Source: Candidatus Daviesbacteria bacterium (lineage in GTDB: Bacteria > Patescibacteriota > Microgenomatia > Daviesbacterales > UBA10151). From it: 64,000 nucleotides of DNA. The notes under the pieces were generated by a model. That model was not told the origin of the DNA. It saw only the letters and a program-made list of their open reading frames with translations, and ran no database searches. The stretch is from assembly GCA_016432425.1 (NCBI GenBank), contig CP066688.1, positions 578,619 to 642,618 on the forward strand, written 5' to 3'. The position numbers and the translations under genes are program-made. Below are positions 17,908-27,101 of this stretch, one piece after another. Each line of letters begins with the position of its first letter. Positions within the stretch are counted from its first letter, which is position 1.

Positions 17908-19149
17908 ATGCTATATTCAAAACTTTTTCCTAAAACTTTAAAACAAGTTCCCTCGGGTGCTGAATCAGTTAACCATCAGCTTTTGGTTAGAAGTGGATTT
18001 ATCGATCAGTTGATGGCGGGTTCCTATACTTTATTACCTTTAGGATGGAAAGTTTATTTAAAAATTGAAAATATTATTCGGGAAGAATTGGACAAAATTG
18101 GGTGTCAGGAAATGCTTATGCCTTTACTTCACCCCCGTGATATTTGGGACAAAAGCGGCCGATGGTCTGACCCTAATGTCAAAGAAATTATGTATCAATT
18201 TAAGGATATTCATGAGCGAGAGTTTGGCCTGTCTTTTACCCATGAAGAAATAGTGGCTTATATTTTGAGTAAATTTATCAAATCATATAAAGATTTACCA
18301 GTTCTTCTATACCATTTTTCCACCAAGTTTAGAAATGAGCTGCGGGCTAAATCGGGAATTTTAAGGGGTAGAGAGTTTATCATGAAGGATTTATACAGTG
18401 CCCATATCTCTGAAGAAGATATGTGGCAATGGTATGAAATAGTCAAAAAAGCTTATGTAGAAATTTTTAAAAGAGTTGGATTGGATGCTAAAGTAGTAGA
18501 GGCAGCCGGGGGAGTATTCACCAAAGGTCATACCCATGAATTTCAAGTTTTAGCAGAAAGCGGAGAGGATGTTATTTATTATTGCCAGAAATGTGATTTT
18601 GCCCAAAATCAGGAAATCTATGATGGAGAAAAAAAATGCCCCCGATGTGGCAGTGAGATTCAATCCGCATCTTCCATTGAAGTAGGTAATATTTTTCCGT
18701 TAGGGACTAAATATTCTCAAGCTTTAGGAGTTGCATACCAAGATGAAAATGGAAAAAGTCAGGATGTCTGGTTTGCCAGTTATGGAATTGGCATGACCAG
18801 GTTAATTGGGACTTTAGTGGAAGTTTTTCATGATGAAAAGGGGATAATCTGGCCGGAGAGTGTAGCTCCATTTACAGTTCATTTAGTGGGATTGGATTTG
18901 GAGGAGGAAAGTATTAAAACTGAGGCAGAAAAGATCTATAAGCTGTTGCAGGCAGAAGGAGTAGCGGTATTATTTGATGATCGGGTCGGACCCTCGGCTG
19001 GGGAAAAATTCTCTGATACAGATTTAATTGGAGTTCCTTACAGGGTGGTAATTTCTAAAAAGACCCAAGGCAAACTGGAAGTTAAAAAAAGAAATGAAAA
19101 AAATACTCATTTTGTAACTCTTGAAGCGCTAGTTAAGATGGTAAGGTAG
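17908..19149 (+). CDS. proS: Proline--tRNA ligase (short form without editing domain)
   Basis: HQLLVRSGFI, THEE, FRNELR, GILRGREFIMKDLYS, IEVGNIF. Confidence 0.93.
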   Translation: MLYSKLFPKTLKQVPSGAESVNHQLLVRSGFIDQLMAGSYTLLPLGWKVYLKIENIIREELDKIGCQEMLMPLLHPRDIWDKSGRWSDPNVKEIMYQFKDIHEREFGLSFTHEEIVAYILSKFIKSYKDLPVLLYHFSTKFRNELRAKSGILRGREFIMKDLYSAHISEEDMWQWYEIVKKAYVEIFKRVGLDAKVVEAAGGVFTKGHTHEFQVLAESGEDVIYYCQKCDFAQNQEIYDGEKKCPRCGSEIQSASSIEVGNIFPLGTKYSQALGVAYQDENGKSQDVWFASYGIGMTRLIGTLVEVFHDEKGIIWPESVAPFTVHLVGLDLEEESIKTEAEKIYKLLQAEGVAVLFDDRVGPSAGEKFSDTDLIGVPYRVVISKKTQGKLEVKKRNEKNTHFVTLEALVKMVR

Positions 19150-19205
19150 ATACCCAATTTAATAATTTTACTATCTTGATTTTTTTATCTTCAGTGCTAC
19201 ATTAA

Positions 19206-20099
19206 ATGGTAATGGTTTTGGCAGAGCAGATCGCAGAACAAGGTAGAAACATTACCTCCCCTGAATCTTCCCTTAAAACATGTGATTGCGAAATAGAAGG
19301 CGGGTTGGTTGCTCCTGCCGGCACTACTCTTTGTCCTCAAGTAGATGCTGCCTTTTTACGCCATTATATAGAGTATGCCCATCATTGGCAGGGCAGACAG
19401 CTGGGGGGATTAAGACTGGGAGAGGGGTTACAGGAAGAAGATTTGAGACTGACCCTGACGGAAATTTTGGAGCCTACTGGTTTTAATGAGGTAGTCCTAG
19501 CAGCTTGCGAAATAGATGACCCCGTAGAACTGTTAAGACAATTTTATCCACAAGATTTTCCTGTAGAGCAAAAATCAGAACTGGAAACTCCAGTTGCTAT
19601 TGCAACTTCCGACCATAATGGTGTAACTCCTGCAGATAAAAAACCGGATTCCCCCGTTCCTGAAATAAAAAAGGCAGGTCTTTTAACCATTAGTGATGAT
19701 AGCCGCTTGGCTTTGGCTGTGGTATTGTTGCGTCTTTTCAATATAACTTCCGGAAATGCTGTTAAAGGAGCCAATGTTTATATTTATGAATTAGGAGGAC
19801 AGTTCCCCTCGAATTTTGCCCAAACATTGGGAGAAATTATGCACAGAGTACGAGATAGAAGGCAAATTAAGACTTTGGAGGCGGATGATTTCCGAGAATG
19901 GTTTAAGGATCTGCTAAGGCAGATACCAGATTATGCTGTTGACGCGGGAGAGTTTTTAGCTCAAAATCCTGCCAAAGACACTAAGTTTATTTTAAAAAGT
20001 CTTCATCTGGAAAGATTTGATGGACAACCCGAAGTTTTGAAAAAATATCTTAAGGAACTTTTTGATGGCTACCTAGCAGCCTACTCCGCAAGTGCATAA
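19206..20099 (+). CDS. Hypothetical protein
   Basis: 297 aa ORF, no recognisable motif. Confidence 0.6.
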   Translation: MVMVLAEQIAEQGRNITSPESSLKTCDCEIEGGLVAPAGTTLCPQVDAAFLRHYIEYAHHWQGRQLGGLRLGEGLQEEDLRLTLTEILEPTGFNEVVLAACEIDDPVELLRQFYPQDFPVEQKSELETPVAIATSDHNGVTPADKKPDSPVPEIKKAGLLTISDDSRLALAVVLLRLFNITSGNAVKGANVYIYELGGQFPSNFAQTLGEIMHRVRDRRQIKTLEADDFREWFKDLLRQIPDYAVDAGEFLAQNPAKDTKFILKSLHLERFDGQPEVLKKYLKELFDGYLAAYSASA

Positions 20100-20139
20100 A
20101 ATTGATTTTAATCTCTATTTCTGCTAAATTACATAAGTC

Positions 20140-21249
20140 ATGATTATCAAAAATATTACTAAGTTACCAAAGGGGCTAGTAGAAGTAGAAATAACTGTTC
20201 CTTGGGCAGATGTGGTCCCTATTTGGGAGACAACTTTGCAAAAACTAACTGCTGATTTGGAACTGCCGGGATTTAGGAAAGGCCAGGTTCCCCCTGTCAT
20301 GGCTGAACAAAATTTAGGCACTAAAGTGCAAGATGAAGTTTTAAAAGTAGCTATGCCGCAATTTTTAATTCAAGCTTTGCAAGGTTCTGATGTAATTCCG
20401 ATAGATTATCCTAAATACCAACCAACCCCTTTTATTAAAGGCCAGGATTTAAAATATAAAACTGCAGTAACCAACCGTCCTACTGTCATAATTGGAGATT
20501 ATAAAACTATTAAAGTAATCCGTCCTGTTGGCAAAACAGTCACCGAGGTGGATGTGGATAAAGTAATAAATGATCTGTTTAAAAGATGGCAGACCAGAAT
20601 GTCCGTGGGTCAGCCAGCCCCGACTCAGTCGGGGCCAGTAGGTCAACCAAACCAGAATGGAGGCAGTGCCGGCAGTATCAATATTAACGGTACGCAGGGT
20701 AATAGAACTACCTCTGCTCCAGTTGTACCTACCTCTCCTGATGATAATTTTGCCAAAGCCGTGGGTGGCAACGACTTGGCAGATTTAAAAAATAAAATCA
20801 AAACTGATTTAGAAGCTACTGCCAAAAATGAAACTGAGATGGATTTTGAAGAAGCCATTTTGCAAGAAGTAGAAAAAATTACCACAGTGGATTTGCCGGA
20901 AATTTTGATTGGGGATGAGCTCAACCGGATGTTGGTTTCTTTGCAAAGACGAGTGGCGGATATGGGTCTTTTGATGGATGATTATCTAAAAGGACAGAAT
21001 AAAACTTTAGACCAACTTAAAGTTGACTGGCGAGCCCAGGCTGAAAAAAATGTCCGGATGGAATTGGGACTGGCAGAAATTGCCCGAGCGGAAAAAGTCG
21101 ATATTTCCGAGCAAGAGCTACAAGCGGAAATTGATAAAATTCAAGACCCCCGGGTCAAACAGCAGTTTGCCGCCCCTGAACCGCGTTTGCAACTGCGTCA
21201 TGCCCTCAGGCAAACCAAAACTTTGGATCTACTCAAGAAGATGGTATGA
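20140..21249 (+). CDS. tig: Trigger factor lacking the FKBP PPIase domain
   Basis: LPGFRKGQVP ribosome-binding signature; C-terminal SurA-like helices. Confidence 0.9.
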   Translation: MIIKNITKLPKGLVEVEITVPWADVVPIWETTLQKLTADLELPGFRKGQVPPVMAEQNLGTKVQDEVLKVAMPQFLIQALQGSDVIPIDYPKYQPTPFIKGQDLKYKTAVTNRPTVIIGDYKTIKVIRPVGKTVTEVDVDKVINDLFKRWQTRMSVGQPAPTQSGPVGQPNQNGGSAGSININGTQGNRTTSAPVVPTSPDDNFAKAVGGNDLADLKNKIKTDLEATAKNETEMDFEEAILQEVEKITTVDLPEILIGDELNRMLVSLQRRVADMGLLMDDYLKGQNKTLDQLKVDWRAQAEKNVRMELGLAEIARAEKVDISEQELQAEIDKIQDPRVKQQFAAPEPRLQLRHALRQTKTLDLLKKMV

Positions 21250-21273
21250 TCAAAGAAAGGGAGGTGTATTTTT

Positions 21274-21468
21274 TTGTCTATATTTGTCAAAGCTGGACCA
21301 AACGATTCAACTGATAAACTAATTAGGAAATTCCAGAAAAAAGTTTTGGAAGAAAAAGTAGTGCAAGAGATTAGGGAACGGGAATTTCACCGCAAACCTT
21401 CAGAACTCCGAAAAGAATTTTTGGCTGAAAGAAGACGAAAAATTAAAAGATACTTGCGGTCAATGTAA
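21274..21468 (+). CDS. rpsU: 30S ribosomal protein S21
   Basis: LIRKFQKKV...REFHRKPSE; AGGAGGTG SD before a TTG start. Confidence 0.88.
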   Translation: MSIFVKAGPNDSTDKLIRKFQKKVLEEKVVQEIREREFHRKPSELRKEFLAERRRKIKRYLRSM

Positions 21469-21470
21469 AT

Positions 21471-21917
21471 ATGGATTTATTCGCTAAACTACAGGCAGAT
21501 TTAAAGCAGGCTCAACTTAACCGTGAGAAATTAGTAACTTCTACTTTGCGCTTGGTTTTGTCTGAAATTCACAACAGCGAGATCCAAACCGGCCAGAGTT
21601 TGTCGCAGGCGGAGATAGTGACAATAATAGCGCGGGAAGCGAAAAAAAGAACAGAGGCCGCAGAAGCTTTCAAAAAAGGTGGCAGAGCAGAAGCTGCGGA
21701 AAAAGAGGAAGCAGAGCTAAAAGTACTCCAAGCCTATTTACCGGAGCAACTTTCAACTGAGGAGTTGACTAAGATAGTTAAAGAGACTATAACTGAAGTA
21801 GGTGCTACTTCGATTTCGGACATGGCCAAGGTTATGAGCGCAGTGATGGGTAAAGTAGGGGGGAAGACCGACGGAGCAACAGTCAGCACCATTGTCAAAG
21901 AGAATCTACATGGTTAA
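21471..21917 (+). CDS. GatB/YqeY domain protein
   Basis: YLPEQLS, DMAKVM motifs; follows rpsU. Confidence 0.88.
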   Translation: MDLFAKLQADLKQAQLNREKLVTSTLRLVLSEIHNSEIQTGQSLSQAEIVTIIAREAKKRTEAAEAFKKGGRAEAAEKEEAELKVLQAYLPEQLSTEELTKIVKETITEVGATSISDMAKVMSAVMGKVGGKTDGATVSTIVKENLHG

Positions 21918-22323
21918 TATCATTATTAATTCTGATCCCCGATACAATATCGACCGCGGAGCAATTCGGACAGTGGTGCTAGTCAGTTTGGCCCGGCATA
22001 AAATTGTCGGCAAAGTAGAGCTGGGAGTAAATATTGTGGGTGACCGTAAAATGCACCAGCTAAATAAAACTTATCGCGGGATTGATACTACCACCGATAT
22101 TTTATCTTTTGCCTTGGAGGATACGCAAGCTACTTCGTTGCAGCATATTCCCAGAGTAGGATTTGTCTCTGCTCCGGATAAAGTTTTGCGCCTGGGAGAT
22201 ATTGTTTTATCTTATCCACAAGTAGTAGAAGATGCAGCTTTGGATGGAATCTCCGTGGAAGAGGAAATTAGAAGCTTATTAGAGCACGGAGTAAATCATC
22301 TGCTCGGTATTCACCACAACTAA
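21910..22323 (+). CDS. ybeY: rRNA maturation endoribonuclease YbeY
   Basis: LNKTYRG, TDILSF, LGDI, HGVNHLLGIHH. Confidence 0.93.
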   Translation: MVNIIINSDPRYNIDRGAIRTVVLVSLARHKIVGKVELGVNIVGDRKMHQLNKTYRGIDTTTDILSFALEDTQATSLQHIPRVGFVSAPDKVLRLGDIVLSYPQVVEDAALDGISVEEEIRSLLEHGVNHLLGIHHN

Positions 22324-22335
22324 GTAAAAAAAATT

Positions 22336-23976
22336 ATGGCATTTTATTTAAAATACCGGCCTCAAAGCTTGGCTGATTTACTTGGTCAAGATTTAGTTAA
22401 AAAAAATTTAGAGTCAGCTTTTTTAAACAAAAAATTAGCTCATGCCTATCTCCTGGTTGGTCCCCGGGGAACCGGTAAAACTTCCACTGCCAGAATTTTG
22501 GCAAAGATGGTAAATTGTGAATATTTAGACAATTCGGGCCAGCCCGTTTCTGCTAAAGCGGATCAGAAAACCGAATTGTCTAGTGCGGTCCAACTCTCGG
22601 TACCGTGCAACAAATGTCCTACCTGTTTATCCATTACTGATGGGTCTAATTTGGATTTAATTGAAATTGATGCCGCCTCCAACAGGGGAATTGATGATAT
22701 GAGGGAACTGCGGGACAAAATTAAACTCTCTCCCACCAGCAGCCCCAAAAAAGTTTATATTATTGATGAAGTGCATATGTTGACAGAAGAAGCTTTTAAT
22801 GCCCTCCTTAAAACTTTAGAAGAGCCACCGGACCACGTTTTGTTTGTTTTAGCCACCACTGATGTGGAAAAAATCCCTGCCACTATTTTATCCAGAGTCC
22901 AGCGTTTGGATTTTAAATTAGCTGCCAAAGTGGATTTACTGGAATCTTTAAAAAAAATTGCCAAGGCAGAAAAATTAGAAATTGAAGAAAAAGCGCTGGA
23001 TTTTTTTACCCAAAAAGCCGAGGGCAGTTTTCGGGATGCAGTCAAACTATTAGATCAAGCAGCTGCTTTGGGTCAAAAAATTACCACGGAGAACTTAAGC
23101 AGCCATTTTTCTGTCACTAAATTTGAAGTTATCGTGGAGCTTTTAAACAATTTAGCCAGCCACAACAGTAAACAGGCACTGCTTACTTTAAATCAACTGA
23201 GCTACGATCCCAAAGAGTTAATTTTGTCTTTAATGGAATCTTTGAGACAACTATTGCTTGTCCAAAATGGATTGGAAGTGTCGGTAAAAGAGGATTTGGG
23301 TTCGGATAGATTTGTTGCTTTAAAACAACTGGCAGAAAAATTTAAGTTAGCAGATTTTTTCTTTAGTTTGGAAAAACTGCAAGAGGCAATAGAGCGGCTA
23401 AAATTTTCTCCCATTCCCAGTTTGCCACTGGAGCTGGCAGTGATAGAAATTTGTAACAACACCTCTAATGAGTCGGAGCGAGCGAAGGTTGACGTAGCCC
23501 CGACTGAGTGGGGGTCAGTAACCTCAAAAGCGCAAGCGAGTCCTGATCCGCCAGCTGGCGTATCAGGACCCCGAGCGACAGAAAATCAAGCGAGCGAGCG
23601 AAAGATTAATAAGGTAAGCAATTCTCCTGACATGGTTATTCTCCAGGAAAAATGGGGTTTTGTGCTGGAGACGATCAAGCCGTTTAATTTTTCACTAGAA
23701 GCACTACTGCGCTCAGTTAAAATCCAAAGTTGTGAGGAAGGAGTAGTAGTTTTAGAAGTACCATATTCTTTCCATCAAAGAATATTAGAAACCCCCAAAT
23801 CCAGAGATTTGCTGGAGTCAGTTTTTTCCGATGTTTTGGGGAAAAGTGCGAAAATTACCACAGTTTTGGGGACTAGACCAATAGTAGCAGAAGAGATGGC
23901 TAATGTGGAAATTGCCGCTGATGATGAAATTCTGCGGGCCGCTGCTGAAATCTTCAATGGTAAACTGGTAGATTAA
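22336..23976 (+). CDS. dnaX: DNA polymerase III subunit gamma/tau
   Basis: KYRP, GPRGTGKTS, EIDAASNRG, IIDEVHML; carries two palindromic in-frame inserts. Confidence 0.96.
   Translation: MAFYLKYRPQSLADLLGQDLVKKNLESAFLNKKLAHAYLLVGPRGTGKTSTARILAKMVNCEYLDNSGQPVSAKADQKTELSSAVQLSVPCNKCPTCLSITDGSNLDLIEIDAASNRGIDDMRELRDKIKLSPTSSPKKVYIIDEVHMLTEEAFNALLKTLEEPPDHVLFVLATTDVEKIPATILSRVQRLDFKLAAKVDLLESLKKIAKAEKLEIEEKALDFFTQKAEGSFRDAVKLLDQAAALGQKITTENLSSHFSVTKFEVIVELLNNLASHNSKQALLTLNQLSYDPKELILSLMESLRQLLLVQNGLEVSVKEDLGSDRFVALKQLAEKFKLADFFFSLEKLQEAIERLKFSPIPSLPLELAVIEICNNTSNESERAKVDVAPTEWGSVTSKAQASPDPPAGVSGPRATENQASERKINKVSNSPDMVILQEKWGFVLETIKPFNFSLEALLRSVKIQSCEEGVVVLEVPYSFHQRILETPKSRDLLESVFSDVLGKSAKITTVLGTRPIVAEEMANVEIAADDEILRAAAEIFNGKLVD
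22526..22582. repeat. 57 bp hairpin element in the dnaX zinc-binding region
   Basis: 12 bp terminal inverted repeats tagacaattcgg / ccgaattgtcta; 19 codons. Confidence 0.75.
23486..23604. repeat. Cluster of GC-rich palindromes in the dnaX linker
   Basis: gccccgactgagtggggg, gtcctgatccgccagctggcgtatcaggac (23540-23569) and repeated GCGAGCGA. Confidence 0.7.
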
Positions 23977-23995
23977 GCTGATATAATCCCCTGGT

Positions 23996-25276
23996 ATGAG
24001 CAAAATCTTTAATTTAATTGAGCAAGAAAAGGAGCGGCAAAAAAATGGTTTGGAACTGATCCCTTCCGAGAATTATGTCTCCTGTGATGTTCTACAGGCT
24101 TTAGGTTCCATTTTAACTGACAAATACTCAGAGGGTTATCCGGGAAGACGTTATTATGGTGGTAATCAAATTATTGATGAAATTGAAAAAGAAGCGAAGG
24201 AACTGGTCAATAAATTATTTGGGACAGTTTATGCCAATGTCCAGCCTTATTCCGGCTCCCCAGCTAATTTAGCAGTTGATTTAGGGTTGGCAGAACCCGG
24301 CTCAGTCATTATGGGCATGAATTTAGTTTCCGGAGGTCATTTAACTCATGGGGCGCCAGTTTCTTTTACCGGCAAATTATTTAAGGCAGTCCAATATGGT
24401 GTAGACCAAAACGGCCGGATTGATCTCGATGAAGTGGAAAAGTTGGCCCAAGAGAACAGCCCTAAAATTATTTGGGTAGGACTGACAGCCTATCCTTATA
24501 AATTAGATTTTAAAGGGTTTAGAGAAATTGCCGATAGCATAGGAGCCTATTTAGCAGCAGATATTTCCCATATTGCGGGTTTAGTGGTAGCAGGAGTACA
24601 CGAGTCTCCCGTGCCTTATGTTGATGTTATCACTACCACTACTCACAAAACTTTGCGAGGCCCTAGGGGTGCAGTAATCTTGGTTACCCAAAAAGGTTTA
24701 GACAGGGATCCTGATTTGTCCAAAAAAATTGATAGCGCCATTTTCCCGGGACTGCAAGGTGGTCCCCATAACCACACTACTGCTGCCATGGCAGTCGCCT
24801 TTAATGAAGCGCTTTCTTCTGAGTTTAAAAGTTATATTGAACAGGTGGTAAAAAATGCTCAGGTTTTGGCAGCGGAGTTGGGAATAGAAACAGAAAACCA
24901 TTTAATGTTAAAAAATGTGGGAGTGGGACGAGGATATTTGGTAGAAATAGCTTTGGAGGCAGCCGGTATTACAGTCAACAAAAATACCATTCCTAATGAG
25001 CAGTCTTCTCCTTTTTATCCTTCCGGAATAAGGCTGGGAACTCCGGCAATCACTTCCCGGGGAATGAAAGAAGATGACATGAAAAAAATTGCTGCTTGGA
25101 TCAAACAAGTATTAGAAGAAATTAAAGATTATGATTTGCCGAAGGAGCAAAATCAAAGAGCTAATTTTATTAAAGAATTTAGAGCCAAAATGGCAGAGAA
25201 TGAAAATTTAAAAAAGATTAAAGAGGAAGTTAAAGAATTTACTGGTAAATATCCATTGCCTGGAGTGGATGAATAA
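23996..25276 (+). CDS. glyA: Serine hydroxymethyltransferase
   Basis: LELIPSEN, YSEGYPGRRYYGG, TTTTHKTLRGPRG. Confidence 0.97.
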   Translation: MSKIFNLIEQEKERQKNGLELIPSENYVSCDVLQALGSILTDKYSEGYPGRRYYGGNQIIDEIEKEAKELVNKLFGTVYANVQPYSGSPANLAVDLGLAEPGSVIMGMNLVSGGHLTHGAPVSFTGKLFKAVQYGVDQNGRIDLDEVEKLAQENSPKIIWVGLTAYPYKLDFKGFREIADSIGAYLAADISHIAGLVVAGVHESPVPYVDVITTTTHKTLRGPRGAVILVTQKGLDRDPDLSKKIDSAIFPGLQGGPHNHTTAAMAVAFNEALSSEFKSYIEQVVKNAQVLAAELGIETENHLMLKNVGVGRGYLVEIALEAAGITVNKNTIPNEQSSPFYPSGIRLGTPAITSRGMKEDDMKKIAAWIKQVLEEIKDYDLPKEQNQRANFIKEFRAKMAENENLKKIKEEVKEFTGKYPLPGVDE

Positions 25277-25309
25277 CCAAAAACCTCACGATCGTGTAGA
25301 CTTTGGTTA
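25274..25309. repeat. 36 bp CACGATCGTG-core palindrome between glyA and folD
   Basis: taaccaaa-aacct-cacgatcgtg-tagac-tttggtta with perfect 8 bp arms. Confidence 0.8.
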
Positions 25310-25315
25310 AATAAT

Positions 25316-26125
25316 ATGGACAAAATCATTGATGGAAAAAAATTAGCTAAAGAGCACGAGGAAACTCTTAAAGAGAAAATTTATAAATTAAACAAAAAAA
25401 TAAGAATTGAAAGTATCTTAATTGGTGATGATCCGGCCTCACTGCTTTATTCCAATTTAAAACAAAAAAAGGCTACTGAAGTAGGGATAGAGTTTGAATT
25501 AAGAAAGTTTACAGAAGATGTTTCTTGGGAGGATGTAGTTGGTCAAATAGAAGAGTTGAATCAAAATGAGTCCATACATGGAATCATGGTGCAATTACCA
25601 TTACCTACACAATTTCTAAGGAATCACGAACTCCAGGAATTACTTGACAAGATTAGTCCCGAAAAAGATGTGGATGGTTTAACTGGTAAAGGTTCCGTGT
25701 CCCAAGCTACAGTGAGAGGAGTAATATCTATTTTGGAATCAGAAAATGTAGATTTAAAAAATAAGACTATCGTTGTAGTAGGTGCTAAAGGAATGGTGGG
25801 AAGTGAACTCATAAAGAGTCTACAAAATAAATATGATAGTCCAGTCTATCATACTAAGGTAGAAGGGATCGATAAGGATACAAATAATTCTTGTGAGGCA
25901 GAAAAACAAGCTGATGTTTTAATTTCAGCAGTTGGACAGAAGAATTTAATCGCTAAAGATTGCATAAAACCTGGGGCAGTAGTCATAGATATAGGTGGAG
26001 ATGTAGATTTTGAAAATGTTAAAGAAATAGCAGGTAAAATTACTCCACCAAAGGGCGGGGTGGGTCCCATGACAGTTGTATCTTTAATGGAAAATGCGGT
26101 AGAATTAGCAAGTAGGAGGGATTGA
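25316..26125 (+). CDS. folD: Bifunctional methylene-THF dehydrogenase/cyclohydrolase
   Basis: IIDGK, GIMVQLPLP, PEKDVDG, GGVGPMT. Confidence 0.93.
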   Translation: MDKIIDGKKLAKEHEETLKEKIYKLNKKIRIESILIGDDPASLLYSNLKQKKATEVGIEFELRKFTEDVSWEDVVGQIEELNQNESIHGIMVQLPLPTQFLRNHELQELLDKISPEKDVDGLTGKGSVSQATVRGVISILESENVDLKNKTIVVVGAKGMVGSELIKSLQNKYDSPVYHTKVEGIDKDTNNSCEAEKQADVLISAVGQKNLIAKDCIKPGAVVIDIGGDVDFENVKEIAGKITPPKGGVGPMTVVSLMENAVELASRRD

Positions 26126-26129
26126 AAAC

Positions 26130-26426
26130 ATGGGTTTAATGGATAATTTAAAACAACTAGGGGATCTTAAAAAAATGAGAGACCAGGCCATGGAAATGCA
26201 AAAAAAACTGGCCGGGATTAAGATCACTGTGGAACACAAAGGGGTGACAGTAATAATGACTGCCGATCAAAAAGTGGTTTCCATTTCCGGTCCTTCGACA
26301 AACTCAGGGCAAGCTGATTTTGATAAAATTACGGAGGCTATTAATGAGGCCTTGAAGCAATCCCAAAAAGTCGCCGCCGAAGAGATGAAGCCATTGATGG
26401 GTGGTTTGGGCCTGCCGGGGATGTAA
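26130..26426 (+). CDS. ybaB: YbaB/EbfC nucleoid-associated protein
   Basis: QAMEMQKKL...AINEALK; directly upstream of recR. Confidence 0.85.
   Translation: MGLMDNLKQLGDLKKMRDQAMEMQKKLAGIKITVEHKGVTVIMTADQKVVSISGPSTNSGQADFDKITEAINEALKQSQKVAAEEMKPLMGGLGLPGM
26290..26310 (+). repeat. CTTCGAC..CTCAG element in frame in ybaB (PSTNSG)
   Basis: gtccttcgacaaactcagggc. Confidence 0.7.
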
Positions 26427-26504
26427 TAAAAAGAGGCTTTTCTAAATTCCGATCCATATACCCTATATAGATTATATCATATGATCGTGCTACAATTGGG
26501 CCCA

Positions 26505-27101
26505 ATGGCTACCATCCCCAAATCAGTCCAGGATTTAATCGAAGCTTTGGAAAGATTACCCGGAATTGGCCCTAAAACTGCTCAGCGGTTAACCTATTAC
26601 TTACTGCACGCTCCTAAAGAAGAAGCCCAAGCTCTCTCGTCTGCTGCCCTCAACATGAAAGAAAAAACCATTATTTGCTCTATTTGTTTTAATATTGCCG
26701 AGTCTAACCCTTGCCCAATTTGTAATGATTCCACCAGGGACCGCTCCATAATTGCCATTGTGGAGGACCCTTTGGATGTTTTGGCTTTAGAAAAAGCTAA
26801 TTTTAAAAGTCTTTATCATGTGCTTCATGGAGTGATTTCCCCCCTGGAAAACATTGGCCCGGACCAACTGCATATTAAAGAACTTTTGCCTAGGCTCAAA
26901 GACGGTAGCGTTAAAGAAGTAATTTTAGCCACTAACCCTACCATGGAAGGGGAAGCCACGGCCATGTATATTCAAAGGTTGCTTTCTCCTTTGGGGGTTA
27001 AAGTTACCAGAATTGCCAGAGGCCTTCCGGTGGGGGGAGATTTAGAATATGCTGACGAAACCACCCTTTCGCGAGCGCTAGAGGGTCGAAAAGAATATTA
27101 A
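26505..27101 (+). CDS. recR: Recombination mediator RecR
   Basis: [13 protein letters not shown]4 Zn finger, [15 protein letters not shown]; ATG at 26505. Confidence 0.96.
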   Translation: MATIPKSVQDLIEALERLPGIGPKTAQRLTYYLLHAPKEEAQALSSAALNMKEKTIICSICFNIAESNPCPICNDSTRDRSIIAIVEDPLDVLALEKANFKSLYHVLHGVISPLENIGPDQLHIKELLPRLKDGSVKEVILATNPTMEGEATAMYIQRLLSPLGVKVTRIARGLPVGGDLEYADETTLSRALEGRKEY

